Part shown: positions 46,121 through 55,286 of the stretch, piece by piece | Position numbering within the stretch: the stretch's first letter is position 1 | Layout: every line of letters begins with the position of its first letter | IMG/VR virus record: IMGVR_UViG_3300015374_000001 | Location: 30,197-94,196 of that record | Length of the DNA stretch: 64,000 nt | Direction: 5' to 3' (one strand) | Source: a virus | The notes under the pieces: model-generated | The model's input: only the letters and a program-made list of their open reading frames with translations | Told to the model about the DNA's origin: nothing | The model's database searches: none | Translations under genes and position numbers: made by a program

Positions 46121-49100
46121 ATGCTCGCTGCTCAGACCATCCGTAGGCGCAAAACCAGGCCGGGGGTTATTGGCCCTGGTGGTCTTGCTATGCCTCGTGG
46201 GCCAACTGGCTCGCGCCACGGATTAGATGCACTTGGATCTGATGGCGGTATCCCCGCCATGGTCACGCCTACGTATGGATCGACGGCAGCGACTAGTTTT
46301 ACTCCCTGCGCAGAAGCAGCAGATTTCCTAGATTCTTTAGGAATTAATGTCCATCCTACGTACACGGGTCTGTCTTCAGAAACACAGCAGCAGACCGCGA
46401 TTGACAGAATCAAAGAGCTTGGATTCCGTCACGTTAGAGGATTAGGTTTATTTAATCCATCTTGGAAGGCTGATGAATTTGAGCACCAGTGGTCGCAATT
46501 TTGGTTGATCAATTGCATCAATGCCACTAAGACAAGACAGAAATTTACTGGTGGCCCTGCCGGTGTAGGCGAACAACCAATCTTCAATCTCATCGGGTTG
46601 GACGAGCGTGAGTATTTCACTAATGCAAATGCTTGGGCTGCACCTCAAGCAGCGTATGAAATATTCGATGCTGATGGTGGTGAGCCCTTCTACCGCGCAC
46701 TCGATGGCCCGCCTGCTCGGGTAGCATCCTCGGGAACCAACTACACTGGAAACTTCTATTCAATAAATAAAGGGGTTGTACCGACCGATCCTCCGATTGG
46801 TTGGAGCGGGGTTAGTTCTCTATCTGGTCCAAATGAACCAGAAGGAAGAAATACTCGTTTAGGGGCAGGGGCGCTTAGCTCGGGCGATGTTTTCTATGGC
46901 GATACGCTTGAGAGTCTTACGCCTTCTACAGATAGAAAAACTGGTGGTCGAGGGATTCGTTGGCTGCATCGCCAGCATCAATTAAAGCGTCAGTCTCAAG
47001 CTGACACGGTTATATTAAATGGCGAAGAGTACATAGACTTCAACACAGGCCGCATCAATCGTGAGCCCGCTACGATGCGCCAGCTTCCAATTCAGCCATT
47101 TGGTCATTTTGTTGGTGGCGGTCCTCCAAACAGCGGTTGGCAAAAAGGTGGCGACTACACCGATGCCGATTATGTTTCGTTCCATACCTATTGGTCGGGT
47201 ACCTGCCCGATGTGGGATTTCAATTGGGGCAATCCTACTGATCAGCAATGGCCCAACCCAAGTGCATCGGCCAGCTTTGGTTGGATGCACAATGCCGATG
47301 TGATCAATGGAATAAATCGTGGTGATACGATTAGATTTAAATTCCATTCGACACCGATATGGCAGACCGAAGCAGGTTGGTATCAATATCCATCTGCACC
47401 CGCGATCAGTGCAGGCCAGTATTGCCCACCGCATATCTCAGGCGAATACCTGATTCAGAATGTGGTGATGAATTACTTGCAGGGTTGCAAGCGCACCTTC
47501 GTCTATAAATTAACTGACGAAGGTGGTGACAATGCAGCCGGTAGCGGCCCGCCTGCCATGGGGCTCTGTCGCACAGACTTCACGAAAAAAGAATCCTTCC
47601 ATGCGATGAAGAACCTCGCGGGTATCGTGCGCTGGCGACAGGGAGGCCAGGACGGCGATCCTCCGCAATTCATACAGATCCCTCACAACTTCACGCCTGG
47701 TCAGGCCGAATTCGCTGATGACTTAACCAATGGAAATCAGACGCCTGACATTTGCTACAAGCTGGTGCTGCGTACAGGCACCAACCAGTATTTAATTATT
47801 ATATGTCGGCCACGGCAGCTTTGGTCGCGCCAGAAGTGGCAGCAGAGCAAGCAAGCCGGTAATACTGATGCGGTTGCAGAAGCAGCGGGCGCTCGTGTTC
47901 CTAATAAAACCGGCGATGTAACTAATGTAACGCTGACTCTACCTGCACCGCCCACGGGATATCACTGGGAAACCGGCGTATGCGAGCCAGCCAAGAATCC
48001 GATCCGCGATCCTAGCGATGGCCAGTTTTATGCAAATGCTAACAATGGCCAAGCATTCGCACCGCCAGGCGTAACCAATAACGGATTTACTCAAAGCAAC
48101 AATATCCTGACGCTGCGTGTATGCGGACTGACGCGCGCTGTTTCTGCTCAGCTTGTTCCTGATGCGCCGACCGGCGTTACTTCTGGCATAACGGCGACTA
48201 CGGATCGCACCAAGACTTCACAAGCCGCTCAATCAATTGGCGCGGACTTGGTGAGAATCAATTATGACATTGCCACGGTGCCGACTACGATGGATGCAGA
48301 TTTCCTTGCATACACGCCGCTCGGTGTTCGTGTTTTGCCGGTGGCCACATTCACCGGTCGTACTCCGACCACGACTGAAGCTCAGAACCTTGCCAATTGG
48401 GTAAATAGATTCGGGCCAGGTGGATCATTTTGGGCTGCGCATCCTGAGCTTCAGGCATCGTTCGCAATTAAACATATTGAGTTTGGTGATGACACCTCTT
48501 ACAACTACCAATATGGAGATGTTGAAGCTACCCCAGGTGCGGGTGACTGGTGGAACTCCACCACCTATCAGACGAGGGCAGCTAATTACGCTACCCGCTT
48601 CCGTGAAGCTCACATTGCCGTTCAAGCTACCGGCCGTGCAGTCGGATTACTTTGCATAGGTGAGGATGGCGGTTCCGCTGATCCTATGTGGGTTAATAAA
48701 TTATTTGATACGGTCACCGATATAGCTAGTCGTGTTGCTGGTTGGTCTACCAAGGGATTTAGCCCACAGTGGGAAGGCAAGATCGACCGCCTCGTTACTT
48801 TTACCGGCAACCGTGGAGCGGCGGCGACTATTCCAATTGATATTACGTCACTCGGGCAAGCCACAGACAACGGCAACGTGCTCAATGACAATATTTCTTG
48901 GCCACCGGATCAGACCTACGCTCAAGCAGCTTCGGCAATTGATGGGACAATTAGCACAGCGCTGGCTAAGCCTAACCTAGCCTCGCGTCTTCGTTACTTC
49001 ATAATTCGTCAAGCTCATGACCTGACAGCACCGGGCGCGAACAATGTACGCGATAACTACTTCGGCGTATTAACTAACACTCTTGGGGAGAAGGCCGAAT

Positions 49101-51205
49101 ACTCAGCTAGAATTCGTGAGCAATTCGGTGGAACTCCCCCACCACCTCCGCCGCCCCCGCCGCCAACGACTTTGCCAATTGTGGTGCCGTCGTCTGGCTC
49201 GACTGCTGCGGCGCTACGTACTGGCTCGACTACCGGGCCACGCTTGCACCTCAGGGGAGTAAATGTTTGGGGAACGCAAGACTCGATCACCACGAGCTTC
49301 GGTGCTGCTCAGTATCAGAACCGGACCAACATTTGTGCAACTATTAAATCGTGGGGCGCAAACTGTGTTCGCTTCAGGTTTCTTGCTTCCGATTGGAATA
49401 AAGCACCGATACCTGCTACTGGCCAATTAACTAAAGCGCAGATCATCGCTCAGATCAAGGACTGGCGCGATGCAGTAACAGCGCGGGGTATGTATTTCAT
49501 CCCGTGCTCGTGGGATGCACTCGATGGTGATTTTGATGATGTGGATTGGCCAGGCAATGCCTTCCGCTATCACCAGATGTTCACGGATATCAAGAATGCC
49601 CTCGGAAATGATCCGATGGTTATGTACGAGCCGACCAACGAGCCTAACCTAGTCGGTTATCTCGGTGGCAACGGCCATGATGCAAATGCATGGAATGCCT
49701 GGGACACGAATATGCGGTCCACCATCCTGCATTTCCGTGAGACATTAAATTACAAGGGCGTTCTGATCATCGATCCGCTGTGGTGGGCCAACTCTGGTGG
49801 CGGCGGTGAAGGTTACGATGATGCTCGCTACACAGCGCTTGAGAATTATGATGCTGCTCGCGCTGGTATGAATGGCATTCATCAATTAGTATTTGCCAAA
49901 CACGACTATGCGAACGGTGCAACCAGTTTCAATCAGGCAGCTTGGATCGCTGGTGCCGGGGCAAACCAGATCAAGCATCTCATTTGGGAAAATGAATTCG
50001 GCAACTACAACGGCTCGCCTTCAACTGTCAATGCAACTTGGTCTGATCAAGCAGCCACCTTCTTTGGTGCGCGATTTAATACACAGCAGAACTTCTGCGG
50101 CGGTTGCGCGTTCTTGTGGGGACCGTGGTTCGATGCTAATGCACTCACGGCATCAAATAACGTCACGCCTACAAATCCATGGGGCGAGACTGTTAGAACA
50201 AAATTCTTTGGCGGCGCAGTTACTCCACCGTCTACAGGATTCAGGCCGGGTGTAGTCGGCAATGCAGCCGATGGAAACGATATACCGGCAGGCCAGAGCC
50301 TTAATGCTAAAGTAATTAGGCTTGAGTGGGGCATCGGTACTGCTGCTACATCAATAGATGGTTCAATAATTGCTGCTGCTCAGCGCGGGCTCAGAGTCCT
50401 GATGTTGGCTGGGTTCTCTGGATTTATTCCATCGGTTGCTCAAGCTCAGAACCTAGCTACGTGGGCTAGTCGCTTTGGTGCCGGTGGAGCTTTCTGGCAG
50501 GCGCATCCTGAATTAAATGCGAACCTCGCTGTCACTGATATCGAATTCGGTAATGAGACTTCATTTAGTTATCAGTATGGCAACCAAGCTCCTGATCCTG
50601 CCTATCGTCAGCGTGCCTCTGATTATGCCTCGCGTTGGAAGAGCGCTTACGATGCGATCCAGGCCACGGGTCGGCCGGTGAGATTACTTTGCCAGGCTGA
50701 TCATGGCGGCAGTGGCTTGCCTGATTGGGTTAATTTTATGTTCAATGCTGTTCCTAACCTCGGCCAATTAAGTCAAGGTTGGGTTGTTCATCCGTATGGA
50801 CCTAACTGGAAAAGCAAGACCGATCTTTTGGTTAGTCAAACAGCGGCTCGTGGAGCGCCGAACAATATCCCTATTGACATTACTGAATGGGGTATTGCAA
50901 GCGACAACGGTGGCAAGGTCTACCAGGGCGGGCGGGAAGATAACTATGGCTACGGAACCGCGCTCACCTACCAGCAGTGTGCTGATTTAATTTTGCCTGC
51001 TGTGAATGCGATGCGTAATGATCCCAACATAGGATTCAGGATCAGGCATTGGCTCTGGTATCGAGCACACGATACGCAGCCACCAGGGCGAAGCAATAAC
51101 CCCGGCGTGGATAGCCGAGAGATATACTTCGGAGCATTGAAGAGCGATAATACGGAAAAGGGCAATATCGGTGCTCGCATCCGTGATGTAATGGCAATGA
51201 CCTAA
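46121..51205 (+). CDS. 1694-aa multi-module clan GH-A glycoside hydrolase (four TIM-barrel modules)
   Basis: NEP/TEAG (module 1), degenerate module 2, NEP/NEFG (GH5-like module 3), GNET/TEWG (module 4); poly-Pro linker. Confidence 0.8.
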   Translation: MLAAQTIRRRKTRPGVIGPGGLAMPRGPTGSRHGLDALGSDGGIPAMVTPTYGSTAATSFTPCAEAADFLDSLGINVHPTYTGLSSETQQQTAIDRIKELGFRHVRGLGLFNPSWKADEFEHQWSQFWLINCINATKTRQKFTGGPAGVGEQPIFNLIGLDEREYFTNANAWAAPQAAYEIFDADGGEPFYRALDGPPARVASSGTNYTGNFYSINKGVVPTDPPIGWSGVSSLSGPNEPEGRNTRLGAGALSSGDVFYGDTLESLTPSTDRKTGGRGIRWLHRQHQLKRQSQADTVILNGEEYIDFNTGRINREPATMRQLPIQPFGHFVGGGPPNSGWQKGGDYTDADYVSFHTYWSGTCPMWDFNWGNPTDQQWPNPSASASFGWMHNADVINGINRGDTIRFKFHSTPIWQTEAGWYQYPSAPAISAGQYCPPHISGEYLIQNVVMNYLQGCKRTFVYKLTDEGGDNAAGSGPPAMGLCRTDFTKKESFHAMKNLAGIVRWRQGGQDGDPPQFIQIPHNFTPGQAEFADDLTNGNQTPDICYKLVLRTGTNQYLIIICRPRQLWSRQKWQQSKQAGNTDAVAEAAGARVPNKTGDVTNVTLTLPAPPTGYHWETGVCEPAKNPIRDPSDGQFYANANNGQAFAPPGVTNNGFTQSNNILTLRVCGLTRAVSAQLVPDAPTGVTSGITATTDRTKTSQAAQSIGADLVRINYDIATVPTTMDADFLAYTPLGVRVLPVATFTGRTPTTTEAQNLANWVNRFGPGGSFWAAHPELQASFAIKHIEFGDDTSYNYQYGDVEATPGAGDWWNSTTYQTRAANYATRFREAHIAVQATGRAVGLLCIGEDGGSADPMWVNKLFDTVTDIASRVAGWSTKGFSPQWEGKIDRLVTFTGNRGAAATIPIDITSLGQATDNGNVLNDNISWPPDQTYAQAASAIDGTISTALAKPNLASRLRYFIIRQAHDLTAPGANNVRDNYFGVLTNTLGEKAEYSARIREQFGGTPPPPPPPPPPTTLPIVVPSSGSTAAALRTGSTTGPRLHLRGVNVWGTQDSITTSFGAAQYQNRTNICATIKSWGANCVRFRFLASDWNKAPIPATGQLTKAQIIAQIKDWRDAVTARGMYFIPCSWDALDGDFDDVDWPGNAFRYHQMFTDIKNALGNDPMVMYEPTNEPNLVGYLGGNGHDANAWNAWDTNMRSTILHFRETLNYKGVLIIDPLWWANSGGGGEGYDDARYTALENYDAARAGMNGIHQLVFAKHDYANGATSFNQAAWIAGAGANQIKHLIWENEFGNYNGSPSTVNATWSDQAATFFGARFNTQQNFCGGCAFLWGPWFDANALTASNNVTPTNPWGETVRTKFFGGAVTPPSTGFRPGVVGNAADGNDIPAGQSLNAKVIRLEWGIGTAATSIDGSIIAAAQRGLRVLMLAGFSGFIPSVAQAQNLATWASRFGAGGAFWQAHPELNANLAVTDIEFGNETSFSYQYGNQAPDPAYRQRASDYASRWKSAYDAIQATGRPVRLLCQADHGGSGLPDWVNFMFNAVPNLGQLSQGWVVHPYGPNWKSKTDLLVSQTAARGAPNNIPIDITEWGIASDNGGKVYQGGREDNYGYGTALTYQQCADLILPAVNAMRNDPNIGFRIRHWLWYRAHDTQPPGRSNNPGVDSREIYFGALKSDNTEKGNIGARIRDVMAMT

Positions 51206-51215
51206 GGAAGGATGA

Positions 51216-51680
51216 ATGGCCGATACAACTCTTACAGGTGCTAATGGCGAGTTAATTAAAGCCTACACAAGCGGCGGATCTTCTCGTCACCAAAGCTCAG
51301 TGTTAGCAGTTAGTGGAGCAGATGGTGCGATTCGTGCTGATCTGCTTCGCGGTATCACTGTCGATGATGTAGCAACTCAGTGGACCGCTGGTGCTTCTGG
51401 GTTAATTCAGGTAATTGAAGACGATGCCACGCCGGAACGCCTGAACAACGGAACTTCGATTCCGTGTAAAGGTGTAGCGGTTGCTCACATTTTGGCCAAC
51501 ACAGGACGCCTTGCGTTTGGTAGCTCGAACGCTGTCCGCGCAGGCGACTCTTCATTAAATACTCCATTTTACATCGATGTTGGTGGACCGCCGATGTTGA
51601 TCCGTGTTGATGATGTAAATAAGGTTTGGGCTGCTGTTCAAACAGATGGCGATTCTGTCATTTGGGGCGTTCTTTTCTAA
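51216..51680 (+). CDS. Putative virion protein
   Basis: RBS; beta-rich; in the virion block. Confidence 0.5.
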   Translation: MADTTLTGANGELIKAYTSGGSSRHQSSVLAVSGADGAIRADLLRGITVDDVATQWTAGASGLIQVIEDDATPERLNNGTSIPCKGVAVAHILANTGRLAFGSSNAVRAGDSSLNTPFYIDVGGPPMLIRVDDVNKVWAAVQTDGDSVIWGVLF

Positions 51681-51686
51681 AAGCTC

Positions 51687-52514
51687 ATGGGTATTCCCGC
51701 ATTTCTCTGGTTCCTGCTCCAAGGAGCACCTGGCAATATATCCGGGGCGGGAAGCATCCCGTCTGCGGAGGCATTCGGCTCCCCAACTGTTGTAAGGAAT
51801 CCCCCTGCGCTTGGTCTGCTGCCCTCGCAGACTCTTTACCCTGACCCAAATCTTCAGCCACAGGGACCGGTAGCCCTTACAACTATTCAGGCTACCGCGA
51901 TTCCAAGTGCTGAGGCATTTGGTAATGCGACAATAATTGCTGGGCCGAAGCAGATCCTTGATGCTGGTGGTATTCCATCGGCCGAGGCATTCGGTACACC
52001 GTCTGTTGGCGGGACAATTACTGGCGCTGGTGGAATTGGTTCTTCTGAAGCATTTGGTACGCCGGTCGTTTTGCGGACAGCTACCGGTGTTGGTGGAATT
52101 CCATCTGCCGAAGCATTTGGTAATCCGATTGTTGGCCGTGGTGCATTCGTAACTATTGCCGGTGCAGGCGGGATCGCATCCGCAGAAGCATTTGGCAATG
52201 CCAAGATAAACTTAATAATCAGGGTAATCGGGATTGCTTCTGCGGAAGCGTTTGGTGCATCTACTGTCCGTGGCCTGATAAGTATCCGGCGCTCGGTCTA
52301 CCCGACGCAAGCTTATGAACTCTCTGCTCGGGCATCAGGCGCTATTGCAGATGAGATACTTAAGGGAGGGTTCGATGCCTTCCATGGCACAGGCGTAGAC
52401 GCAGATGAAATACTTAAAACTGGTCTTGTCGTCGAACACAATAAGGGCGGGATTGTTGATGAGCCTATGACCGACGGCGATGCTGACTACTTTACCGGGG
52501 CTGTAGAAGTCTAA
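51687..52514 (+). CDS. Repeat protein with seven I(P/A/G)S(A/S)EAFG repeats
   Basis: Repeats visible in the translation. Confidence 0.7.
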   Translation: MGIPAFLWFLLQGAPGNISGAGSIPSAEAFGSPTVVRNPPALGLLPSQTLYPDPNLQPQGPVALTTIQATAIPSAEAFGNATIIAGPKQILDAGGIPSAEAFGTPSVGGTITGAGGIGSSEAFGTPVVLRTATGVGGIPSAEAFGNPIVGRGAFVTIAGAGGIASAEAFGNAKINLIIRVIGIASAEAFGASTVRGLISIRRSVYPTQAYELSARASGAIADEILKGGFDAFHGTGVDADEILKTGLVVEHNKGGIVDEPMTDGDADYFTGAVEV

Positions 52515-52529
52515 GGAGGATTTAATCCA

Positions 52530-52877
52530 GTGGCATTTGTTATCAAACAGGGCGACACCAGGCCCACCTATGTAGCTCAGTTAAAGGAGAATGTCGGCCA
52601 GACGGATGAGCGGCCGATTGATTTAACTGGTGCTCAGTCGGTCAACTTCATCATGAAGAAGACCAATGCTTCGGCTACTGCGCCATTTGATGTAAAAGGC
52701 GTAATGACGATTGAGAATGCGACCGCAGGAATTGTGGAGTACACTTGGGGAGCAGCCGACACCGCAACCATTGCTGACTATGATGTAGAATTTGAAATAA
52801 CCTGGGCACCTGGCGCTGTCGAGACTGTGCCGAACAAGGGCTACCTGTCCGTCAGTGTTGTTGCCGACCTTGGCTAG
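52530..52877 (+). CDS. BppU N-terminal-domain-like baseplate protein
   Basis: 'IKQGDT.P', 'IDLTG', 'G.VEY.W...DT....Y..EFE.T......T.P'. Confidence 0.75.
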   Translation: MAFVIKQGDTRPTYVAQLKENVGQTDERPIDLTGAQSVNFIMKKTNASATAPFDVKGVMTIENATAGIVEYTWGAADTATIADYDVEFEITWAPGAVETVPNKGYLSVSVVADLG

Positions 52878-52885
52878 GAGGAAGA

Positions 52886-53155
52886 ATGGCATTAACTATT
52901 CGTGAACAAAAAGCTGGTAGCCGTCCTGGGAAGGGATATCCGACTTCCCATCCAACTCGCCCTGCTCGCCCGCTCAATGCGGCTAGCCAATTCGTAGGTG
53001 TGCGTGGAGCTACGCCGACTGAAGGCAGGACCGGACGAATGGCTACAGCAGGTAGGCGCATCTCGCGCAGGCCAGACAAGATTGAGAAATACCCCACCGC
53101 TAGCAGCCGAACGATCATTGCTAAGACCGGTGGCATTATGCAAGGATTCTTTTAA
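52886..53155 (+). CDS. Small basic protein
   Basis: AGGAGG RBS; Arg-rich. Confidence 0.55.
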   Translation: MALTIREQKAGSRPGKGYPTSHPTRPARPLNAASQFVGVRGATPTEGRTGRMATAGRRISRRPDKIEKYPTASSRTIIAKTGGIMQGFF

Positions 53156-53157
53156 AA

Positions 53158-54627
53158 ATGACGCTTGTTGCAGCAGTTGGTGGCGCGACGCTGAGCAAGC
53201 GTCCCAGGCTAACTAAAACAAATACCATATCGTCTTCTGCTGTCGGCGCTACGCCGCTGTCGGTAGAAGGTATGGCTGGCCAAACTGCCGACCTACTTAG
53301 AATAAATAAGGCACCGGGCGATGTAAATCTATGGCGAATGGCTCCGGGTGGATCTTTGATCCATGCAGCCGATAGCCAATTCACTGCTGGATATGATTTC
53401 TATATAGCTGGTGAAGGAAATCCACGAGCCAATTTGTCTTGGTCTGGATTTGGTACACAGCTACAATTTGGTAGTGGTGGTGCTGCGCTTGATACTTTTA
53501 TAAAACGCAGTGGCAATAAGGCAATACAAATTGGCCCTACGCTCAATATGAGCACCACTGATGATGGTACTTTGCCTGGCTCTACTCTTTCTATTACTAC
53601 GATTGCCACTGGCACAGGTGCCCAAGCTGGTCATTTAAATAATACCAATTTAATACAAAAAGAAGAAAAGCAGGTCGCATCTGCTGCTAATGTTAATCTT
53701 GGCCATACCCTATCTCTTGCAAGCTATTACGGTGGATTCTCAAGTCCAGTAGCAGCAGTAGGAACTTCTCATGTATTAACTATTTCTCAATTGATTGAGA
53801 AGAGTGGTAATAACTCTTCTGAATTCACCCCATTAGCTGTTTATATGGCTAATAATGTCGGGACTGCTACGGGTGGCGATGGTCTTAATCCCGGCCGAAT
53901 GTGGTTGACCGATTTCATTATGCATGGTCCTGTGGGGGTTCAACCGAACCTGCTATCAGGATTCAACCTGCTGATGAACAATTATTACAACGGTTCGCCT
54001 TCGGTAACTGGGCGTTCAGCAGCGATGGCCATAACGTCTTGGCCTGGAATTACTTCAGGAAATGGTACTGATGGCCAAGCCACCTCGCCAACCTATCCTG
54101 TCGATATCGGCATTTTGGTTACTGGTGGTGCCGGTGACAGCCAGGCGTCGATCACGCGCAACGGCTACAACACCGGCATTAAAATAGGTGGCGGTGGCTC
54201 GGCTTGGATTCCTTCGATGGAAGGCAGGATCGGCCGAGGAATTGATGTAGGCGCATGGATCACAGAGGGCATGGTGATCAATAACCGCCATAGCTCAGTT
54301 GCCGCAGACACAGGTGTAGGCTTAGAAATAACAAATACATCAGCTAGTCGCGCCAATAGAGCATTTAAAATAAGCGGCTCGGGTACTTGGTTACGCTACA
54401 TGGAAGTTCTCAACAGCGCCGGTACACCGGTCTGGTTACTTGAAACATTAAGCGGAACCACTAGACAGTATGTTTCTGGATTCCAAGAGTTTGAAGAAAT
54501 AACAGATCCAGCGGCAGGCAGCGCGAATCGTGCTCGTCTTTATATTAAGGACAACGGTTCAGGTAAATCACAGCTTTGCGTCCGGTTCCCAACCGGCGCA
54601 GTACAAGTTCTATCTACGGAGCCATAA
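53158..54627 (+). CDS. Fibre/spike-like virion protein, paralog B
   Basis: Shares EFTP, WLTD, QPNL, MNN.YNG, PTYP with 40954; C-terminal 'RLY.KDNGSGKSQLCVRF.TGAVQV..TEP'. Confidence 0.65.
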   Translation: MTLVAAVGGATLSKRPRLTKTNTISSSAVGATPLSVEGMAGQTADLLRINKAPGDVNLWRMAPGGSLIHAADSQFTAGYDFYIAGEGNPRANLSWSGFGTQLQFGSGGAALDTFIKRSGNKAIQIGPTLNMSTTDDGTLPGSTLSITTIATGTGAQAGHLNNTNLIQKEEKQVASAANVNLGHTLSLASYYGGFSSPVAAVGTSHVLTISQLIEKSGNNSSEFTPLAVYMANNVGTATGGDGLNPGRMWLTDFIMHGPVGVQPNLLSGFNLLMNNYYNGSPSVTGRSAAMAITSWPGITSGNGTDGQATSPTYPVDIGILVTGGAGDSQASITRNGYNTGIKIGGGGSAWIPSMEGRIGRGIDVGAWITEGMVINNRHSSVAADTGVGLEITNTSASRANRAFKISGSGTWLRYMEVLNSAGTPVWLLETLSGTTRQYVSGFQEFEEITDPAAGSANRARLYIKDNGSGKSQLCVRFPTGAVQVLSTEP

Positions 54628-54809
54628 TGATTCCTATCAATGCGGAAGTCACACTTGCATTAATTACGCAGCTTTACGGTGAAGCCCTTGGTGCATCTAA
54701 GCGTGTCGAAGAGCTTGAGCGTGAGATTAAAGAACTCAAGGCGCAATTAAATGGTCATAAGGATGAGCATCAGCCAGCACCCATGCCAGGGGTGACGCCA
54801 GTTAAATGA
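54627..54809 (+). CDS. Small coiled-coil protein
   Basis: TAATG coupling; 'I..E..LA....LY.E' similar to 42272. Confidence 0.5.
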   Translation: MIPINAEVTLALITQLYGEALGASKRVEELEREIKELKAQLNGHKDEHQPAPMPGVTPVK

Positions 54810-55285
54810 GCACCCGTGATCGCGCACAATTTCTTGGACCAACTGCGCTTGAGAAATTACCTGATGCATTTATAAAAATACAAAGGCGTAAATTCAAGCT
54901 CACTCTCTACAAACGCGCAGGTAGAGAATTTGATATACAGCCATGGGTATGCCGGATAGCGGTAGGCGCTATTAAATTTGACACACCGGCTAAGCCCTAT
55001 CTCGTGCTCGGCAAGGAATCCCCGCCGACCTACACAGCGCCGAATTCGCAATGGGCTCTCGACGCAGGATTCAAGCCTGGTGAGAAGTTGCCACACGATC
55101 ACCCCGCAAATCCATTAAGGGGAGCTTTCCTCTGGCTAGATGACCACGGGATAGGCATCCATGGAACTCCAAATTTGCTGAGCCTCGGCACACGAGCTAG
55201 CCACGGCTGCATCAGAGTCAGCGAAGAGGATGCAATCTATCTTTACAACAACGTCCCGCTAGGCACCAACGTTTTAGTTATTTAA
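54806..55285 (+). CDS. L,D-transpeptidase (YkuD domain)
   Basis: 'IAVG....TP', 'NPL', 'IGIHGT...LG.RASHGCIR' with catalytic His/Cys. Confidence 0.9.
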   Translation: MSTRDRAQFLGPTALEKLPDAFIKIQRRKFKLTLYKRAGREFDIQPWVCRIAVGAIKFDTPAKPYLVLGKESPPTYTAPNSQWALDAGFKPGEKLPHDHPANPLRGAFLWLDDHGIGIHGTPNLLSLGTRASHGCIRVSEEDAIYLYNNVPLGTNVLVI

Positions 55286-55286
55286 T

